Origin: Eledone cirrhosa
Lineage: Eukaryota
Direction: 5' to 3'
DNA: 64,000 nt
Assembly (NCBI GenBank): GCA_964016885.1
Contig: OZ024753.1
Span: forward strand, 12,958,001-13,022,000
Shown here: positions 42,788 through 58,200 of the stretch, piece by piece
How positions within the stretch are numbered: the first letter of the stretch is position 1
Layout of the letters: each line of letters opens with the position of its first letter
Translations under genes and position numbers: made by a program
Notes under the pieces: model-generated
Told to the model about the DNA's origin: nothing
The model's database searches: none
The model's input: the letters and a program-made list of their open reading frames with translations, nothing else

Positions 42788-43684
42788 CGAGTTGTGTCAG
42801 AAAAGTTCTAGGACTGATGTCTGTCACAAAAGATCTATTTCAAACCCAAACTTCACACAAAGAGTTTTCTCCTTCAAAGTAATCCCCCTGGAGTCTAATG
42901 AACTTTTCCATCTTTTTCTGCCACGCTTGCATGCACTCTTGGAAGGATTCTTCCGGGATCCTCCGCAGTTTCGTCGTCACGGCCTTTTTGACGTCGTCCA
43001 CATCTTCAAAACGGATCCCCTCCGGGTCGTACTCGAAGATCCATGATTCGGTGATGACTGTCCCTAGCAAGTCTGGTTCGGTTTCAAGACGCTCGAGGAT
43101 GTCCTGACACACTTACATGCGTCGACCCTTCTGGTCATCGTTCAGCCGTTTTGGCACCATCTTCGCGCAGACCTTCCGCATGTCCAAATCTTCAGCGAGA
43201 AACCTCGAGACGCTGTCCCGATTCATGCCCAGCTCATTTGCCATCAGTCGAACAGTCAGCCGACGATCGCTACGCACCATCTGCCTGACGCGCTCAACGT
43301 TGACCTCAGTCCTGGTTGTTGGGGGCCGTCCGCTCCTGGGGTCATCTTCCACGTCCTCGCGTCCTTCTTTAAACCTCTTGCACTACTCAAAAACACGTGA
43401 GCGTGACATCGTCTCATCTCCATACACTTGCTGCAGCGGAGTTTTCCCCAACCATACCAGAAACTTCAAGTTTGTTCGTTGCTCTGTGCTCATTGCTTGA
43501 CGACCTGAAACAGAGGACATGGATATAAAATTATGAAGAAAAGAGTTTGATCGCTGCAGAGAGCTAAGATTACAGTTACATACTCCAGGGGGATTACTTT
43601 GAAGGAGAAAACTCTTAGTGTGAAGTTTGGGTTTCAAATAAATCTTTTGTGCCATCGATCCTGGAACTTTTCTGACACACCTCG
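42788..43684 (-). mobile_element. Mariner transposon, internally deleted and defective
   Basis: TIRs CGAG(T/G)TGTGTCAGAAAAGTT, flanked by [10 protein letters not shown]...EDDPRSGRP...RKVCAKMVPKRL...ESWIFEYDPE is joined directly to C-terminal GIRFEDV...GDYFEG. Confidence 0.92.
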
Positions 43685-43692
43685 TACATATA

Positions 43693-43732
<40 letters not shown>

Positions 43733-43783
43733 CATATATATATATATACATATATATATATACATATATATATACATATATAC

Positions 43784-43858
<75 letters not shown>

Positions 43859-43859
43859 C

Positions 43860-44017
43860 ATTTGTTTGCTATAACGTGTTAACATTTAAAAATTCATTCA
43901 TTGGAATATTTTCCAAAGCATAAACCATAAAAAAACTCTTTCATAAGAGTATATCTGTAGAATATATTTAAAGTATTAATTTTATATATATATAAACATT
44001 TTGATATACATATACAT

Positions 44018-44099
<82 letters not shown>

Positions 44100-46095
44100 T
44101 AAGCATTTGAAAAATATATAAATACAAAATATACAATATAAAATATGAATTATAATTTAAATTATGAATTATGAATTCATTGTACCCATCATAGGAATTT
44201 TCAGAAAAAATCCTTCTTCAAATCTTTCAGTATGTTTATCAAGAAAAGTTTTTCAAGAAAAAATCTTTTTAAGATAGTTATAAGCAATCATATGAAGGAA
44301 TCTAATGAATTATCGATAGGTTTAATAAAGATGAGTTATGTATTACAATTTATATATATATTTAAACGTTGAGTTCAATCTATGTTTGCAAGAACTGAAA
44401 ATATTATTTCTTAAATTAACAGAATTTTTACTTTTTAATATAAAGAATATTTCCTCTATACAAAGAGCACAATTTTCAGAGGAGGCATTGAATGGAGGAG
44501 CTTTGGAGATAATATTCCAAAGTAAAGAACAGTTAGTGTTCTTTGATTTTAGGTCCCATAGTAAATTAGATAGAGAAGTTGAAGATTTTTTATTTATATT
44601 CGTAAAAGAGCATTTATGGTTATTAAAACGAGACTTAAAATCTGTGGAGGTAGAGCCTACATAATTAAATGAATTTAAATTAGTTTTTACATTACAATTA
44701 TATACTATATTTTTAACTAAACAATTGTTATTTAACGGACAGTTAGATTTATTTCTACAGTTACATTTATCAAAATTTGAGTTTCTATGTGCCGTATTAT
44801 TCAGTTGGATATTGCTGGGGTTATTAATGGTATTCTGGTTAGGTTTTAAGTTTCTATTATTAATTCTATTAATATTCTGCGCTAAATTACTGGTGGCTGA
44901 ATACGTTAATTTTATAGTATGTCTATTAAATATTGAGTAATACCTATGTGTTCTAGGGAAGCATTTATCTAGAACTTTAAAGAATAATTTAGCAATAGGA
45001 GTTTTAATACTTAATGAGAAAGGAGGAGCGAACCATAATATATTCCTAGTTCTATATCTTTTTTGTTTTACGAATTAGTGTAAGATTTTCTATTATGGTT
45101 GTTAAAATTATAGTTATTTGTCATATCATTACTATCAATGTATTTAATTTTATTACTATATCCAAGCTCCACTTAACGCTTCGTTATAATATTGCGCTTC
45201 ATCTTCAAAAATATTCTTATTAGCTGAAATTCTAGAAATACGTTGCCTCACAGAGTTTACTATAGTGTTTTTAACGGATCTTGGGTGATTGAAATTAAAA
45301 TTAACGTAGTTTAAGTTCTCGTTTATTTTGTGAAATGGATAATAAAGACCTGTGTTAAGGTTTAAAGTTTCATCTAGAAAGTTAACTATTTTATAATTAT
45401 TCTCTATTTCTACTTTAAGATTAAGGTAATTAAAAAATTGTATAATTTCTTTTCTTTTCATATTTATTTCACAGTGATTATTATTTTCTATAGGTAATAG
45501 CATATCGTCGCGATATAAACCTCCGGTCATCTCCGGTATTTTCCTATGTAGAGTATTATTAATAAAAAGCCCCACAAGATCCGTTATTTGGGCGGAATCA
45601 GATGACCCCATAGTGATATCGAAATAATTATCTCTGTCTCCTCTAGTCCAGAGGTGGTTGTTAAATTTAATTAATGTTTTCCGTGCAGTTAAGATAATGC
45701 GCATTTCATTACTAGTTAAGTCTGTATGTTTAAATGCATATGTTAGGGCTTTGTTAAGTAGATTAGGTGTGATGGATGAGTAATAATTAGCAATATCCAA
45801 TTGAATTAACTTATTATTATAGTTATATTTAATGTATTTAAACCAGTCGATAACTTCGTTAGTTCCTTTCCATAATTTTAAATAAGATAATTCTTTAATT
45901 TGTGGTATGATTCTGTCTAAAACGTTCTTGCTAAGTATGCCAAGGTCCGATTTAGATGGTGCAATTAATCTAACTGGTAATTCAATTTCAAAATTCCTTT
46001 TATGGTCCTTCATATTAATTTTTGGTTTCCTTGGCATGAAGGATTGTGTCCTATTTTCAATGCCTAATTCCTGCATTATGTAAGAAGCTTCTGTA
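43860..46095 (-). mobile_element. Penelope-like element, 5'-truncated at (TA)n: RT (46095-45156) plus frameshifted GIY-YIG
   Basis: RLIAPSKSDLG, LDIANYYSSI, MGSSDSAQITDLVG, YRDD; downstream WFAPPFSL, CNCR..CPL, YVGST, CALC, CKHR. Confidence 0.9.
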
Positions 46096-46112
46096 TTCAA
46101 TTTTTCAAGGCC

Positions 46113-46185
<73 letters not shown>

Positions 46186-47309
46186 CATATACATATATAT
46201 ATACATACATATACATATATATACATATACATATAATTTCTGTGTATATTGTCAATTACGATTTTATTTGATGTATCATATCTACATGTATATATACTTG
46301 TGTATAATATCAATATACACACTACACATGCTAGCAGATAACCCCCGAGGCTTTTTTTTCTGCTAGTATCCTTTAATGTGTTAAACATTACGTAGGAAAT
46401 CCTGTTGAAATTAGTGTAAATAAAAATATCGTTACAGAAACACAACGGGAGGGAATACTGAAGATGTCACAGAAAATCTTGTGACGAAAGATCTTTCAAA
46501 AATTATATTTATATTCTTATTTGTAACTGATGGTCAATCAATGCTAAATATTGATTGTCAGTTGAATTATTTATAAAATTATGAAAATATACTGAAGTGA
46601 AAACCAAACCAAAGACCATTTGTATTTTACTATATTTTGCAATATTTGTTTCAATATTTGTTTCAACACCCAATTTCATATCAAGAACCTTGCAGAACAA
46701 ATTCATCGACGGTAAATACAAAGGTCACTCAATTTAATTATTTACCTCACGACCTCCTGTCTATACATATGGCTGAAATGGGCGAGATAAAATTTAAAAT
46801 CAGAAGTATAATTTGAATTACATGTAGAATCAGAAATCCGAAAGGATGTTAAAGTAATCGTTTTTGGTAAAGGAGTGAAGAGGGCATGAGAGTGAAGGGG
46901 ACAGTTTGGTCAAATTTCAGGTAATATCAGTTAGGTGTTACTTTCTTATCTAGATGGTGGTATTGTGCTGGCAAGTTACAAACGTCTTGCTTTTCGTGTA
47001 CAAGTAATCGTCTGGCTCTAGCATATCCTTATAGTACACAGGATTAGAGCAAAGACTTAGAAGCTTCGGTGTCATACGAAGTATGAAGTAGCCAAAGAAC
47101 TCCAATGTTCACGGTCAGTTACAGCTATTACAACCAAGATGTGCAATAAATGTTCGTCCTATTACCATGTAAAACACTTCTTTGATTCGGATATTATTCA
47201 TAATGGCCGTATTGATTCATAAAACGTTTTGATATTTTACATCAACACTAATTTTTTAATCATATTTGTTTTGTTTTTTTTTCTTTCTTTTTTTGTTTTC
47301 ATTTCTCAG

Positions 47310-47396
47310 CTGTTGGGAATTCTGTTGACCTACGTTGTTGCCGACAATCCATTTAAGAAAAGAACTGAAAACGTTACATGCATTACAAATGAATAA
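47310..47396 (+). CDS. GRL-2 exon 4 (LLGILLTYVVADNPFKKRTENVTCITNE*)
   Basis: Long pyrimidine tract ending atttctcAG; ILLTYVV is the TM7 motif. The conserved Q is missing in frame (see findings). Confidence 0.8.
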   Translation: MLGILLTYVVADNPFKKRTENVTCITNE

Positions 47397-47454
47397 ATCA
47401 CCTGTTATTTACCAATTTTGAATATAAATTCTACAAATATATCAATTATTGTAC

Positions 47455-47765
47455 AGTAGTTTTAATGTATATCTTTGTAAAATACCTGTAATTTTTAATA
47501 TACCTTTAAGTTTTAATGTATATCTTTGTAAAATACATATAACTTTTAAAATACCTGTAACTTTTAATGTATATCTTTTTAAAATACTTGTAGTTTTTAT
47601 GTATATCTTTTTAAAATACCTGTAGTTTTTTATGTATATCTTTTTAAAATACCTGTAGTTTTTTATGTATATCTTTTTAAAATACCTGTAGTTTTTTATG
47701 TATATCTTTTTAAAATACCTGTAGTTTTTTATGTATATCTTTTTAAAATACCTGTATGTTTTAAT
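47455..47765. repeat. 33-bp minisatellite
   Basis: Unit AAAATACCTGTAGTTTTTTATGTATATCTTTTT; gives the 11-aa periodic spurious ORF. Confidence 0.85.
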
Positions 47766-47768
47766 ATA

Positions 47769-48632
47769 CAGGGTGTCCATAAAGTCTCTTTACAATTTGA
47801 AAAATATATTACAAAGGCAATTGATGAGATAGCTTAATCAGATTTGTTCTATGTTCTCAGTAGTTATCAAAGTTTTTAAACAAACTGCATTTGTGTATGT
47901 CTGGTATCCTGTTGATGAAAGAGGTACTGTTAAATGAACCCCTAAAAAATTGCTACTCCTCAAGAAAAGGCACAATGTGTGTCATGGTTTATTGAAACAA
48001 TATCGGATACACAGACTCAACGAAACTACAGAACTACGTATGGAAGGGATCCACCGTATGGTGTGGGATTCTGTGCAATCGAATCATTGGTCCATTTTTC
48101 TTCAACGAGACATCAATTACTGCAAATGTTTACCTTGACCTTTTGACTGAATATGTGGCACCACAACTAGATGACCTTCAACCAACCATCATTTTCCAGC
48201 AAGAGGCTGCACCACCACATTGGAGACTGCATATTCGTGGGTTCCTAAATCAAACATTTCCAGACTGGTGAATTGGAAGGGATGGCCCAATTCCATGGCC
48301 ACCTAGTTCACCAGATGTCACTCCCCTGGACTTTTTTATGTTAAAGATATCGTGTATCAAACAAAGATACAGACATCACCGATCTAAAGCAAAAGATCAC
48401 TGATGCCATCGCCCCCATTGATAAGGCTATACTACAGGAAACATGGCAAGAAATCGAGTACCGTCTTGATGTGCTTCATGCAACTAATGGTGCCCATATA
48501 GAGGTGTATTAAATTAGCATTAAAAATCTTCAATATCTATTCTTCATTTTGTAACAATTTTCACATACCCTCCTTTTCATTTGCTTTTGTAATAATTTTT
48601 TTAAATTGTAAAGAGACTTTATGGACATCCTG
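47769..48632 (+). mobile_element. Tc1/mariner-superfamily transposon relic
   Basis: TIRs CAGGGTGTCCATAAAGTCTCTTTACAATTT / AAATTGTAAAGAGACTTTATGGACATCCTG, TA flanks; remnants FQQEAAPPHW and WPPSSPDVTPLDF. Confidence 0.88.
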
Positions 48633-49249
48633 TATATTTTTGCAATATACCTGTAATTTGTTTAGCATCATTTTATAAGGTGCAATATGTTTTAATTTCA
48701 GGTGTAAAAAGTTATCATAATTATCATAATCTGTATTATTCGAACTAATATTTTTATCCAGAGTGTTATAATCACGATGTTTCGGTTATTGTACAACATG
48801 GTCTACTTCACATGTTTGCCACATGCAGTAATATTCTCGTAATTTCAAACCGAATTGATAATTTAAATGTAAGTCCATAAAAACGATAGAATTAAATCAT
48901 CTGATTCCCATAACAGACCCGTACCACGACAAAATAACATAGGGAATATCTATATACTACTAAAACTATGTGGTTGTGTGCTTGTATGTAATGTAATACA
49001 GCCAAACGGCGCATAATGGGAAAATACTTTGAAAGGAAGTTGCCTCGGAAATGTTAATACAAATGCAATAAAACAAGTTTCGCGTAAATCACAGCACGGG
49101 TTCCAGAGATATGGGGTTTTTCCGAGTATCTTCACAAAGAGAGAGAGAAAAAGAGATAGTGGTTGTGACTGAGTAGATTGAAGGAGAGACATGGAGAGAA
49201 TGAGATGAGACAGAGAAAGAGGATGGAAGCGAGAGAGCTGGTGGTGTTG

Positions 49250-49465
49250 CTGTGTATATATATATATACTTATATATATATATATTATTATATATGTATA
49301 TTATTATTATATATGTATGTGTGTGTGTATGTGCATATATGTATATATATGTGTGAATGTATGTGTCTGTGTGTGTGTGTGTATGTATGTGTATGTATGT
49401 GTGTTCAAATGTATGTATGTGTATGTATAGTATAGTTTACACGAGAGAGACATACGTACTTGTAG

Positions 49466-49505
<40 letters not shown>

Positions 49506-49517
49506 GTGTGTGTATGT

Positions 49518-49575
<58 letters not shown>

Positions 49576-49623
49576 GTGTATGTGTATGCGCGCGTGTGTA
49601 TGTGTTGATATATATATATATAG

Positions 49624-49655
<32 letters not shown>

Positions 49656-49790
49656 ATGTGTATGCGTGTGTGTGTGTATATTTGTGTTTTTGTGTTTTTC
49701 CTGTGTATATATGTATATATGTGTATGTATGTGTGTGTGTGTGTGTGTATATGTATGTGTGAGTGTGTGTATGTGTATGCGCACACATGA

Positions 49791-49846
<56 letters not shown>

Positions 49847-49940
49847 ATGTGTGTGTGAATGTGTAGGTGTGCACACACACACACACATATGTATGTGTGT
49901 GTGCGTATATATATGTAAGTATATATGTTAGTGTGTGTGT
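49250..49940. repeat. Compound (TA)n/(TG)n microsatellite
   Basis: Seen directly. Confidence 0.95.
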
Positions 49941-50659
49941 AAGTGTTTTTGTATGTGGTTGTGAGTATGTAAATATATTTTATTCTTTCCATCCTACTAT
50001 AACACTCTGGCCACCTGTGGCTTGTATGTTAACTTGACCACTCAGCCCAGTCTGTGCCATGATTCGGTCTTGTTAAATGTTTAATTTCTATTACCAACCC
50101 ACCTAAAAAATTTCCCGACTATATATCTGTTGAATTACTATTCTTGGGGTTTTTATTTATTTATTTTTTTTATTTATTCCTTTATTTATTTTATTTATTT
50201 ATTCATTTATCTATTTATTTATTCATTAATTTATTTACTTATTTATTTATTTCAAAAAAGCACTCTGGCTAATTGACCACTCCCCATAGAAAAAACGGCC
50301 TGTGCCATGAAGTGGCCCTGTGTATCTAAATACCATACCCCCCCCATCCACCACCCCTCCCTTGCCACTACCTAAATGTATAAATACCAGAACTTAATAT
50401 GACACCCAGCTTCCTGAAGATTTCATCTGAATGAAACAGTACTAGTCCTGTAGAAGCTCCTTCTATAAAATAAAAAAAATAAATAAAATAAAATAAAAAA
50501 AAATAAAAAAATAAAAAATATATATATATATATATATATAATGCAATGAAATATCTATGATCTTCGGCAAATCACTGATGAGGGACTTATTTTATTACAT
50601 GTTACCATGTGCTACCTGCAGTATTTTTCTCTCTCTCTATATATATATATATGTGTGTG

Positions 50660-50800
<141 letters not shown>

Positions 50801-50882
50801 ATACATGTGTGTGTATATGTGTGTGCGTGTCTATGACCAGTGTATATAGATCACGGACACCCACATACATACACACACACAA

Positions 50883-50926
<44 letters not shown>

Positions 50927-51083
50927 CGAAGGAAGTGTGGTAAGGAACCAGGTGGACCATAACGCAGCAGAGTACTCAATACTTTGGGTAGTAGAGAGGG
51001 TAATAGGAAAATGTTCATAACACCGACGGCAGACGTCGAAACGGCTTGAGCTCTGCCGTCGGGGTCCTGACCCTTTTCCTATG

Positions 51084-51114
<31 letters not shown>

Positions 51115-51343
51115 AGTAATAATAATAAATGTGATGACTGTCACTTATTTATTTATTTATATTTCCCATTTTCTTATTTTCTTATTTTTTAATGTACCCT
51201 AACTTATCTTTTACTCTTTACTTTTTACTTCTGTAACTTCTCTACCTATTTACCATATATGTTTTATTATTGATGTTATTGTTTTGATTATACACTATTT
51301 TTCTATATAAGTCTTGCCTCGAGTGAATTATTTATATATCTAC

Positions 51344-51454
51344 GTACTCTGATGGGTTGACCAGAGGTAAATAATGTATTGGAGATCGAGTGACGCAACC
51401 TCAAGCGATTAGCGAACTCTAGACTCATCTGATCAACGAAACAATTGTCAGTAC
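51344..51454 (+). ncRNA. Hammerhead motif with core variant (CTGATGG)
   Basis: gtact-CTGATGG-gttgaccaga...tctgatcaac-GAAAC-AATT-GTC-agtac. Confidence 0.55.
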
Positions 51455-51504
51455 TTTAAATAAAGCCCGTTATTGTCCAGCCAACCATGTTACTCTTCAT
51501 TCTT

Positions 51505-51616
<112 letters not shown>

Positions 51617-51619
51617 ACT

Positions 51620-52642
51620 TTGAATAACTTTGAAATGTTTTGGCCAGTATTGGCCCAGGCCATGTCTAACTTAATAGCACCACCTGGCGAAGTCTTTCAA
51701 TTCAGGATTTGGGCACCATGGCCCATTCAAGAAGAGAATTACTGTTTGCGGAGACATATCCGGGTGTGGGTGGTTTGTCCGGGATTACTTGGAGGAATTT
51801 GTCCAAAGACTTCTTGAATTTTGTGTGGTCAGTTTCTGTTTTGACGTGTCCTGGTGTGATGTTGAAGAGAGCAGGGCCGATTGAGGTGAAATAATTGTGC
51901 CGTATTGTTGTTATGAGTTGCGATTTAGATTTTTGAATGGGACGGATAGCACGGGGCCCAAGCCTTGGGTGTATCTTGAAGGCGATGCCAACATCATTTG
52001 GGCAGTGATGATGGAACATTTTCCACATCATGCAGATAATATAACGTTCACGGCGACGTTGGAGTGAGTAAAGTTTCAGGTTTTCTAGTCGACCCCAGTA
52101 GTCAAGGTCTGACATGCCATCTATCTTTTTCGTGATTGTCCTTTGAGGAGCTTCAAGTTTCATGATACTTTGTTTCGTGTGGGGAGACGACAGTGGACAA
52201 CAGTATTCAAGGTGTGGTCGGGCAAAAGTAGAGAAGAGAAGGATAATGGTGTGGGAATCTCTCGACAGGAAGGTTCTGAGGATCCAGGAACACATTCTGC
52301 GGGCCATGTCAACTTTGCTGCTTATATGCGTGGCCCAGCTTATGTTGCTGTCCACTGTTACTCCCAAGTCTCTGATGTTGTTAGATGCCACGAGAGTTTC
52401 CCCGGAGGGAAGGGAGTACGGGAGTTTCAGAGCATCCTCTTTTCCAAAGTGGATCAGTTCGAATTTGTCTTCGTTCAGTAACATGTTCTTTTCCGCCCAT
52501 TGGGTAACAGCCAGTAGGTCTGACTGAAGGCTTATCCGGTCATCCACGCCATTGATGACCTTTTGGAGCTTGGAATCATCAGCGAAAATTTTAATGTTGC
52601 TGTGTTTGATGATGTCAGTGATGTCATTAATATAGATGATGA

Positions 52643-52645
<3 letters not shown>
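51620..52645 (-). mobile_element. CR1/L2-group LINE 3' fragment (RT C-half)
   Basis: FIIYINDI...IFADDSKL...RDLGVTVD...RPHLEYC...LYSLQRRRER; both ends in (TA)n. Confidence 0.88.
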
Positions 52646-52741
<96 letters not shown>

Positions 52742-52859
52742 GAGAGAGAGAGATAGATACATACATACATATATATACATACATACCTATATGAACATAC
52801 ATACATACATACATAGATACATACATACATACATACATGTAAAAGCATACATATATACA

Positions 52860-54110
52860 CCCATCTGTGTGTGGGTGTCTGTATGTGTCTATGTGTCTGT
52901 GTGTGTCTGTCTGTGTGTGTATGTATGTGTGTATGTGTGTGTTTGTCTGTGCGTGTCTGTGTGTGTATGTGTGAGTGTGTGCGCGCATGTGTATGTCTGT
53001 GTATGTATGTGTGTGTGTATGTGTGTGTATGTGTGTGTGTGGGTGTGTGTATGTGTGCGTGTCCTATTCATTTGCATATGAGAATAGATTTGCTTAGACA
53101 AACACACACATACAAACACACACAGACACACACAGACACACCTACACATGTGTGTGTCTGTGTGTGTGTGTGTGTGTGTGTGTCTATGTGTGTATATGTG
53201 TGTATGTGTGTGTATGTGTGTGTGTGTGTTTGTCTGTGCGTGTCTATGTGTGTATGTGTGAGTGCGTATACCTGTGTATGTGTGTGTGTGTATGTGTGTG
53301 TGTGTGTGTTTGTCTGTGCGTGTCTATGTGTGTATGTGTGAGTGTGTATGCCTGTGTATGTATGTGTGTGTGTATGTGTGTGTATGTGTGTGTATGTGTG
53401 TGTGTGTTTGTCTGTGCGTGTCTATGTGTGTATGTGTGAGTGTGTATGCCTGTGTATGTATGTGTGTGTGTATGTGTCTGTGTGTGTGTGTGTGTGTGTT
53501 TGTCTGTGCGTGTCTATGTGTGTATGTGTGAGTGTGTATACCTGTGTATGTATGTGTGTGTGTATGTGTGTGTATGTGTGTGTGTGTGTTTGTCTGTGCG
53601 TGTCTATGTGTGTATGTGTGAGTGTGTATGCCTGTGTATGTATGTGTGTGTGTATGTGTGTGTATTTGTGTGTGTGTTTGTCTGTGCGTGTCTATGTGTG
53701 TATGTGTGAGTGTGTATGCCTGTGTATGTATGTGTGTGTGTATGTGTGTGTATGTGTGTGTGTGTTTGTCTGTGTGTGTCTATGTGTGTATGTGTGAGTG
53801 TGTATGCCTGTGTATGTATGTGGGTGTGTATGTATGTGTGTGTTTGTCTGTGCGTGTCTATGTGTGTATGTGTGAGTGTGTATACCTGTGTATGTATGTG
53901 TGTGTGTATGTGTGTGTATGTGTGTGCGTGTGTTTGTCTGTGCGTGTCTATGTGTGTATGTGTGAGTGTGTATGCCTGTGTATGTATGTGTGTGTGTATG
54001 TGTGTGTATGTGTGTGTGTGTGTTTGTCTGTGCGTGTCTATGTGTGTATGTGTGAGTGTGTATGCCTGTGTATGTATGTGTGTGTGTATGTGTGTGTATG
54101 TGTGCGCGTC
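52860..54110. repeat. TG-rich higher-order minisatellite (about 90-bp unit)
   Basis: Recurring TTTGTCTGTGCGTGTCTATGTGTGTATGTGTGAGTGTGTATGCCTG. Confidence 0.9.
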
Positions 54111-54266
54111 CTATACATTTGCATATGAGAATAGATTTGCTTATAAATGTGTTTATCCAAGCGAGAAACATCGGTAATTTTTCAATTAGTACTTGACATA
54201 ATACAGAGCTAATATATTTCGATATAAACACACACGCACAAAAACGTACACACACACAATACACAA

Positions 54267-54374
<108 letters not shown>

Positions 54375-54453
54375 TTTGGGAACCCAAAATAAGTGTTGGA
54401 TCATATACATGTTTAATCACATATACATATATATATATGTATATATATATATA

Positions 54454-54655
<202 letters not shown>

Positions 54656-54661
54656 TATATA

Positions 54662-54695
<34 letters not shown>

Positions 54696-54795
54696 AATAT
54701 ATATATACATATATATACATATATATATATACATATATATATATATGTATATGTGATTAAACATGTATATGATCCAACACCTATTTTTTGTTGCC

Positions 54796-54854
<59 letters not shown>

Positions 54855-54965
54855 AGATCAAAAGATGGTTAAAGGAGTTCCATATATTTTATTATGCGCA
54901 TTTCAAAAACAAACATCATCAAGCAATAATATTTGTGTTTTCATCAGATAAAACAGGAGAACATG

Positions 54966-55099
<134 letters not shown>

Positions 55100-55269
55100 T
55101 GTATGTGTGTACGTTTTTGCGCGTGTGTGTTTATATCGAAATATATTAGTTCTGTATTATATATATATATATATATATATATGGAAAGTCATATTTAAAT
55201 TGTGGGGTTAACAACGAGTAAATATTTATAACTGATATAAAAGCACTCAACAAGTATTTGGAGTATATT

Positions 55270-58200
55270 TATGATATTAAATAAATGGAAACTATATTTA
55301 TAAAACCATATTTATTTCGTTATATATATTTCAGGGATATCATATTAACAATATGTTATGCCTTCTTCAGACAAAATACAATATAAACAGTCTTATAAAT
55401 AAATAGATACGACATACCTTTCAATCACCTTGCATTTGGGAGGTTGATTTGGCAGTAAAAAATATTGTGGACAGTTGTAAAAAGAAAGAGAGAAAGAAAG
55501 AAAGAAAGAGAAACGAAGAAAAAGAAGAAATGCATGTGACTAAATAGAGAGATATAGAAAGATAGATAAAGAGAAGAACTTCATGTAAAGAAACAGAGAG
55601 AAATATATATAGAGAGAGGAAGAAAGAAAGAGATAGATAGAAATAGATAGAGAAACTAGGAAGTTGAGTATCGGTTGATACATTTATTTATTTATTTATT
55701 TATTTATTTAGCTCTAGTATTAATGTAAAGAGAGATGTATGTAGTTAAGAGAGAAAATAGCCGTTATATAGAGAGAAAAAAGAGAAAATGAAAAAGAGAA
55801 AATGAAAAATAACCAGACATAAACGAGGCAGAATTTAAAAACGCTGTTTTATCCTGTAGAAAATATTAGTTCGTATAAAACAGGCATTATAATGTAAGTA
55901 CCAGTATTCATGAATGAGACATGTATCTATAATGTGTGAAAAGTAATGATCTTATGTCTAGTTTTTAAAAATTCATATGTTTATATCATAATTATAAACA
56001 AAACTCCCAATTCACACGAAAACATTCTCATTGTGCTATAAAAATTCAAATATACATATATGTGTGTATATATACACATATATATAGAGTCTATATTAAT
56101 TTTAACAATACTATTCTTGTCTTTACTCTACATGATTGTCGATCAAGCAGAAATAGAGAACAGATTTCAATATATTAATAAAAATAAAAATAAAAATAAA
56201 AATAAAAATATCAGAGACAAGAAAATAAATAAATAAACAGAAAACTAAAACATTTAATATTAAAAGTAAAAAATATTACAAAATATTAAAAAATAATAAA
56301 AATAAAACATAGTATGCCACGCAAATCGGCCACAGAGATCAGCCTTTCAAAGTTAATTGACAATATATTGCCAAGTTCATCATAAGCATCAGAGTCGAAA
56401 CAGTTAAAACAAAAATTGTTTACCAAAACATGTCTAGCAGAAATCATTCCAAAAGTTTAGGATACCCATTTGGTCTACATATGTTCTTATATTTAATATA
56501 GAAGTTTATCTAGTGTAAAATTTAATTCGATATATTTGGAGCATCAGCTTTTAGGGTAGTTTAATTATTCATGAAGAATGTTTTAATAAAAAGAATGTTT
56601 TAATAAAAAGAAGAAATCGAAAGATTTATCGGCTAGTTTCATAAATAATTACAAATCAAATCAAACATAACTACATTTTAAATTTAAATTTATATTTAAA
56701 CGTTGAGTTCAATCTATGTCTGCAGCAACTGAATAAATTTGTCCGTAGATTAAGGGAATTTTTAGATTTTAGTATAAAGAATATCTCCTCCGCACAGAGG
56801 TCACATGTCTCAGAGGATGAATTAAAAGGAATCCCCCTTGAAACTATATTCCAAGTCGTCGAATATCTAACGTTATCATGCCTAAGTTGCCAGAGTACGC
56901 CTGATAGTGCTGTTGAAGATTTTTTGGATGGATCTGTGAAAGAATTCTTGTGGTTGTTATAGCGAAGTTTAAATTCCGTCGATGTAGAACCAACGTAGTT
57001 AAAAGAATTAACGTCCGTTTTAACATTACAGTTGTATATTATATTTTTAACTAAGCAGTTGTTATTTAACGGACATTTAGATCTATCTCTACAGTTACAT
57101 TTGTTAACTTGGATATTATTTAGGCTATTTCCGCTAGGTTTTAAGTTCCTGTTATTTATTCTATTAATATTTTGCGCTAAATTTTTGGTGGATGAGTAGG
57201 TTAGTTTTATAGTATGTCTATTGAAAATTGAGTGATACCTATGTGTTCTAGGGAAGCGATTATCGAGAGCTTTAAAAAATAGTTTAGCAATGTGGGTTTT
57301 AATGTTTAGTGAGAAAGGGGGGGCAAACCATATTATATTCCTAGTTCTATTTCTTTTATGGCTTTTGGAATTATTGTAATGCTTTCTATTATAGTTGTTA
57401 AGGTTGTGGCCATAATTAAAATAGTTGTTATTTTGTTTAATTTGTTTATCATTATCTATGTACATAATTTTATCACTATATCCTGCTCTAGCTAACGCTT
57501 CATTGTAATAATGGGCTTTTTCGTCGAAAATCTTTTTATTAGATGAGATTCTAGAGATACGTGATTGAACAGAGTTTACTATAGTATTTTTAACAGATCT
57601 GGGGTGGTTAGAGTTAAAGCTGACATAGTTTAAGTTTTCATTCAACTTGTGAAATGGATAGTGAAGACATGTGTTGAGATTTAATGTTATATCTATTTAA
57701 TGTTATATCTCATTCATTTAATGTTATATCCATTTAATGTTATATCTCATTCATGAATACTGATATTTACATTATAATGCCTGTTTTATACGAACTAATA
57801 TTTTCTACAGGATAAAACATAGCGTTTTTAAATTCTGCCTCGTTTATGTCTGGTTATTTTTCATTTTCTCTTTTTCATTTTCTCTTTTTTCTCTCTATAT
57901 AACGGCTATTTTCTCTCTTAACTACATACATCTCTCTTTACATTAATACTAGAGCTAAATAAATAAATAAATAAATAAATAAATGTATCAACCGATACTC
58001 AACTTCCTAGTTTCTCTATCTATCTCTATCTATCTCTTTCTTTCTTCCTCTCTCTATATATATTTCTCTCTGTTTCTTTACATGAAGTTCTCTTTATCTA
58101 TCTTTCTATATCTCTCTATTTAGTCACATGCATTTCTTCTTTTTCTTCGTTTCTCTTTCTTTCTTTCTTTCTTTCTCTCTTTCTTTTTACAACTGTTCAC

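Noticed and set aside
46096-46445. N-terminal part of the 429-aa minus ORF
   Set aside because: Chance read-through of (TA)n and flank; RT similarity starts only below about 46095.
56671-57645. Selenocysteine (UGA) recoding as reported for some Naiad PLEs
   Set aside because: The ORF is open with ordinary Cys codons; no in-frame TGA at conserved cysteines.
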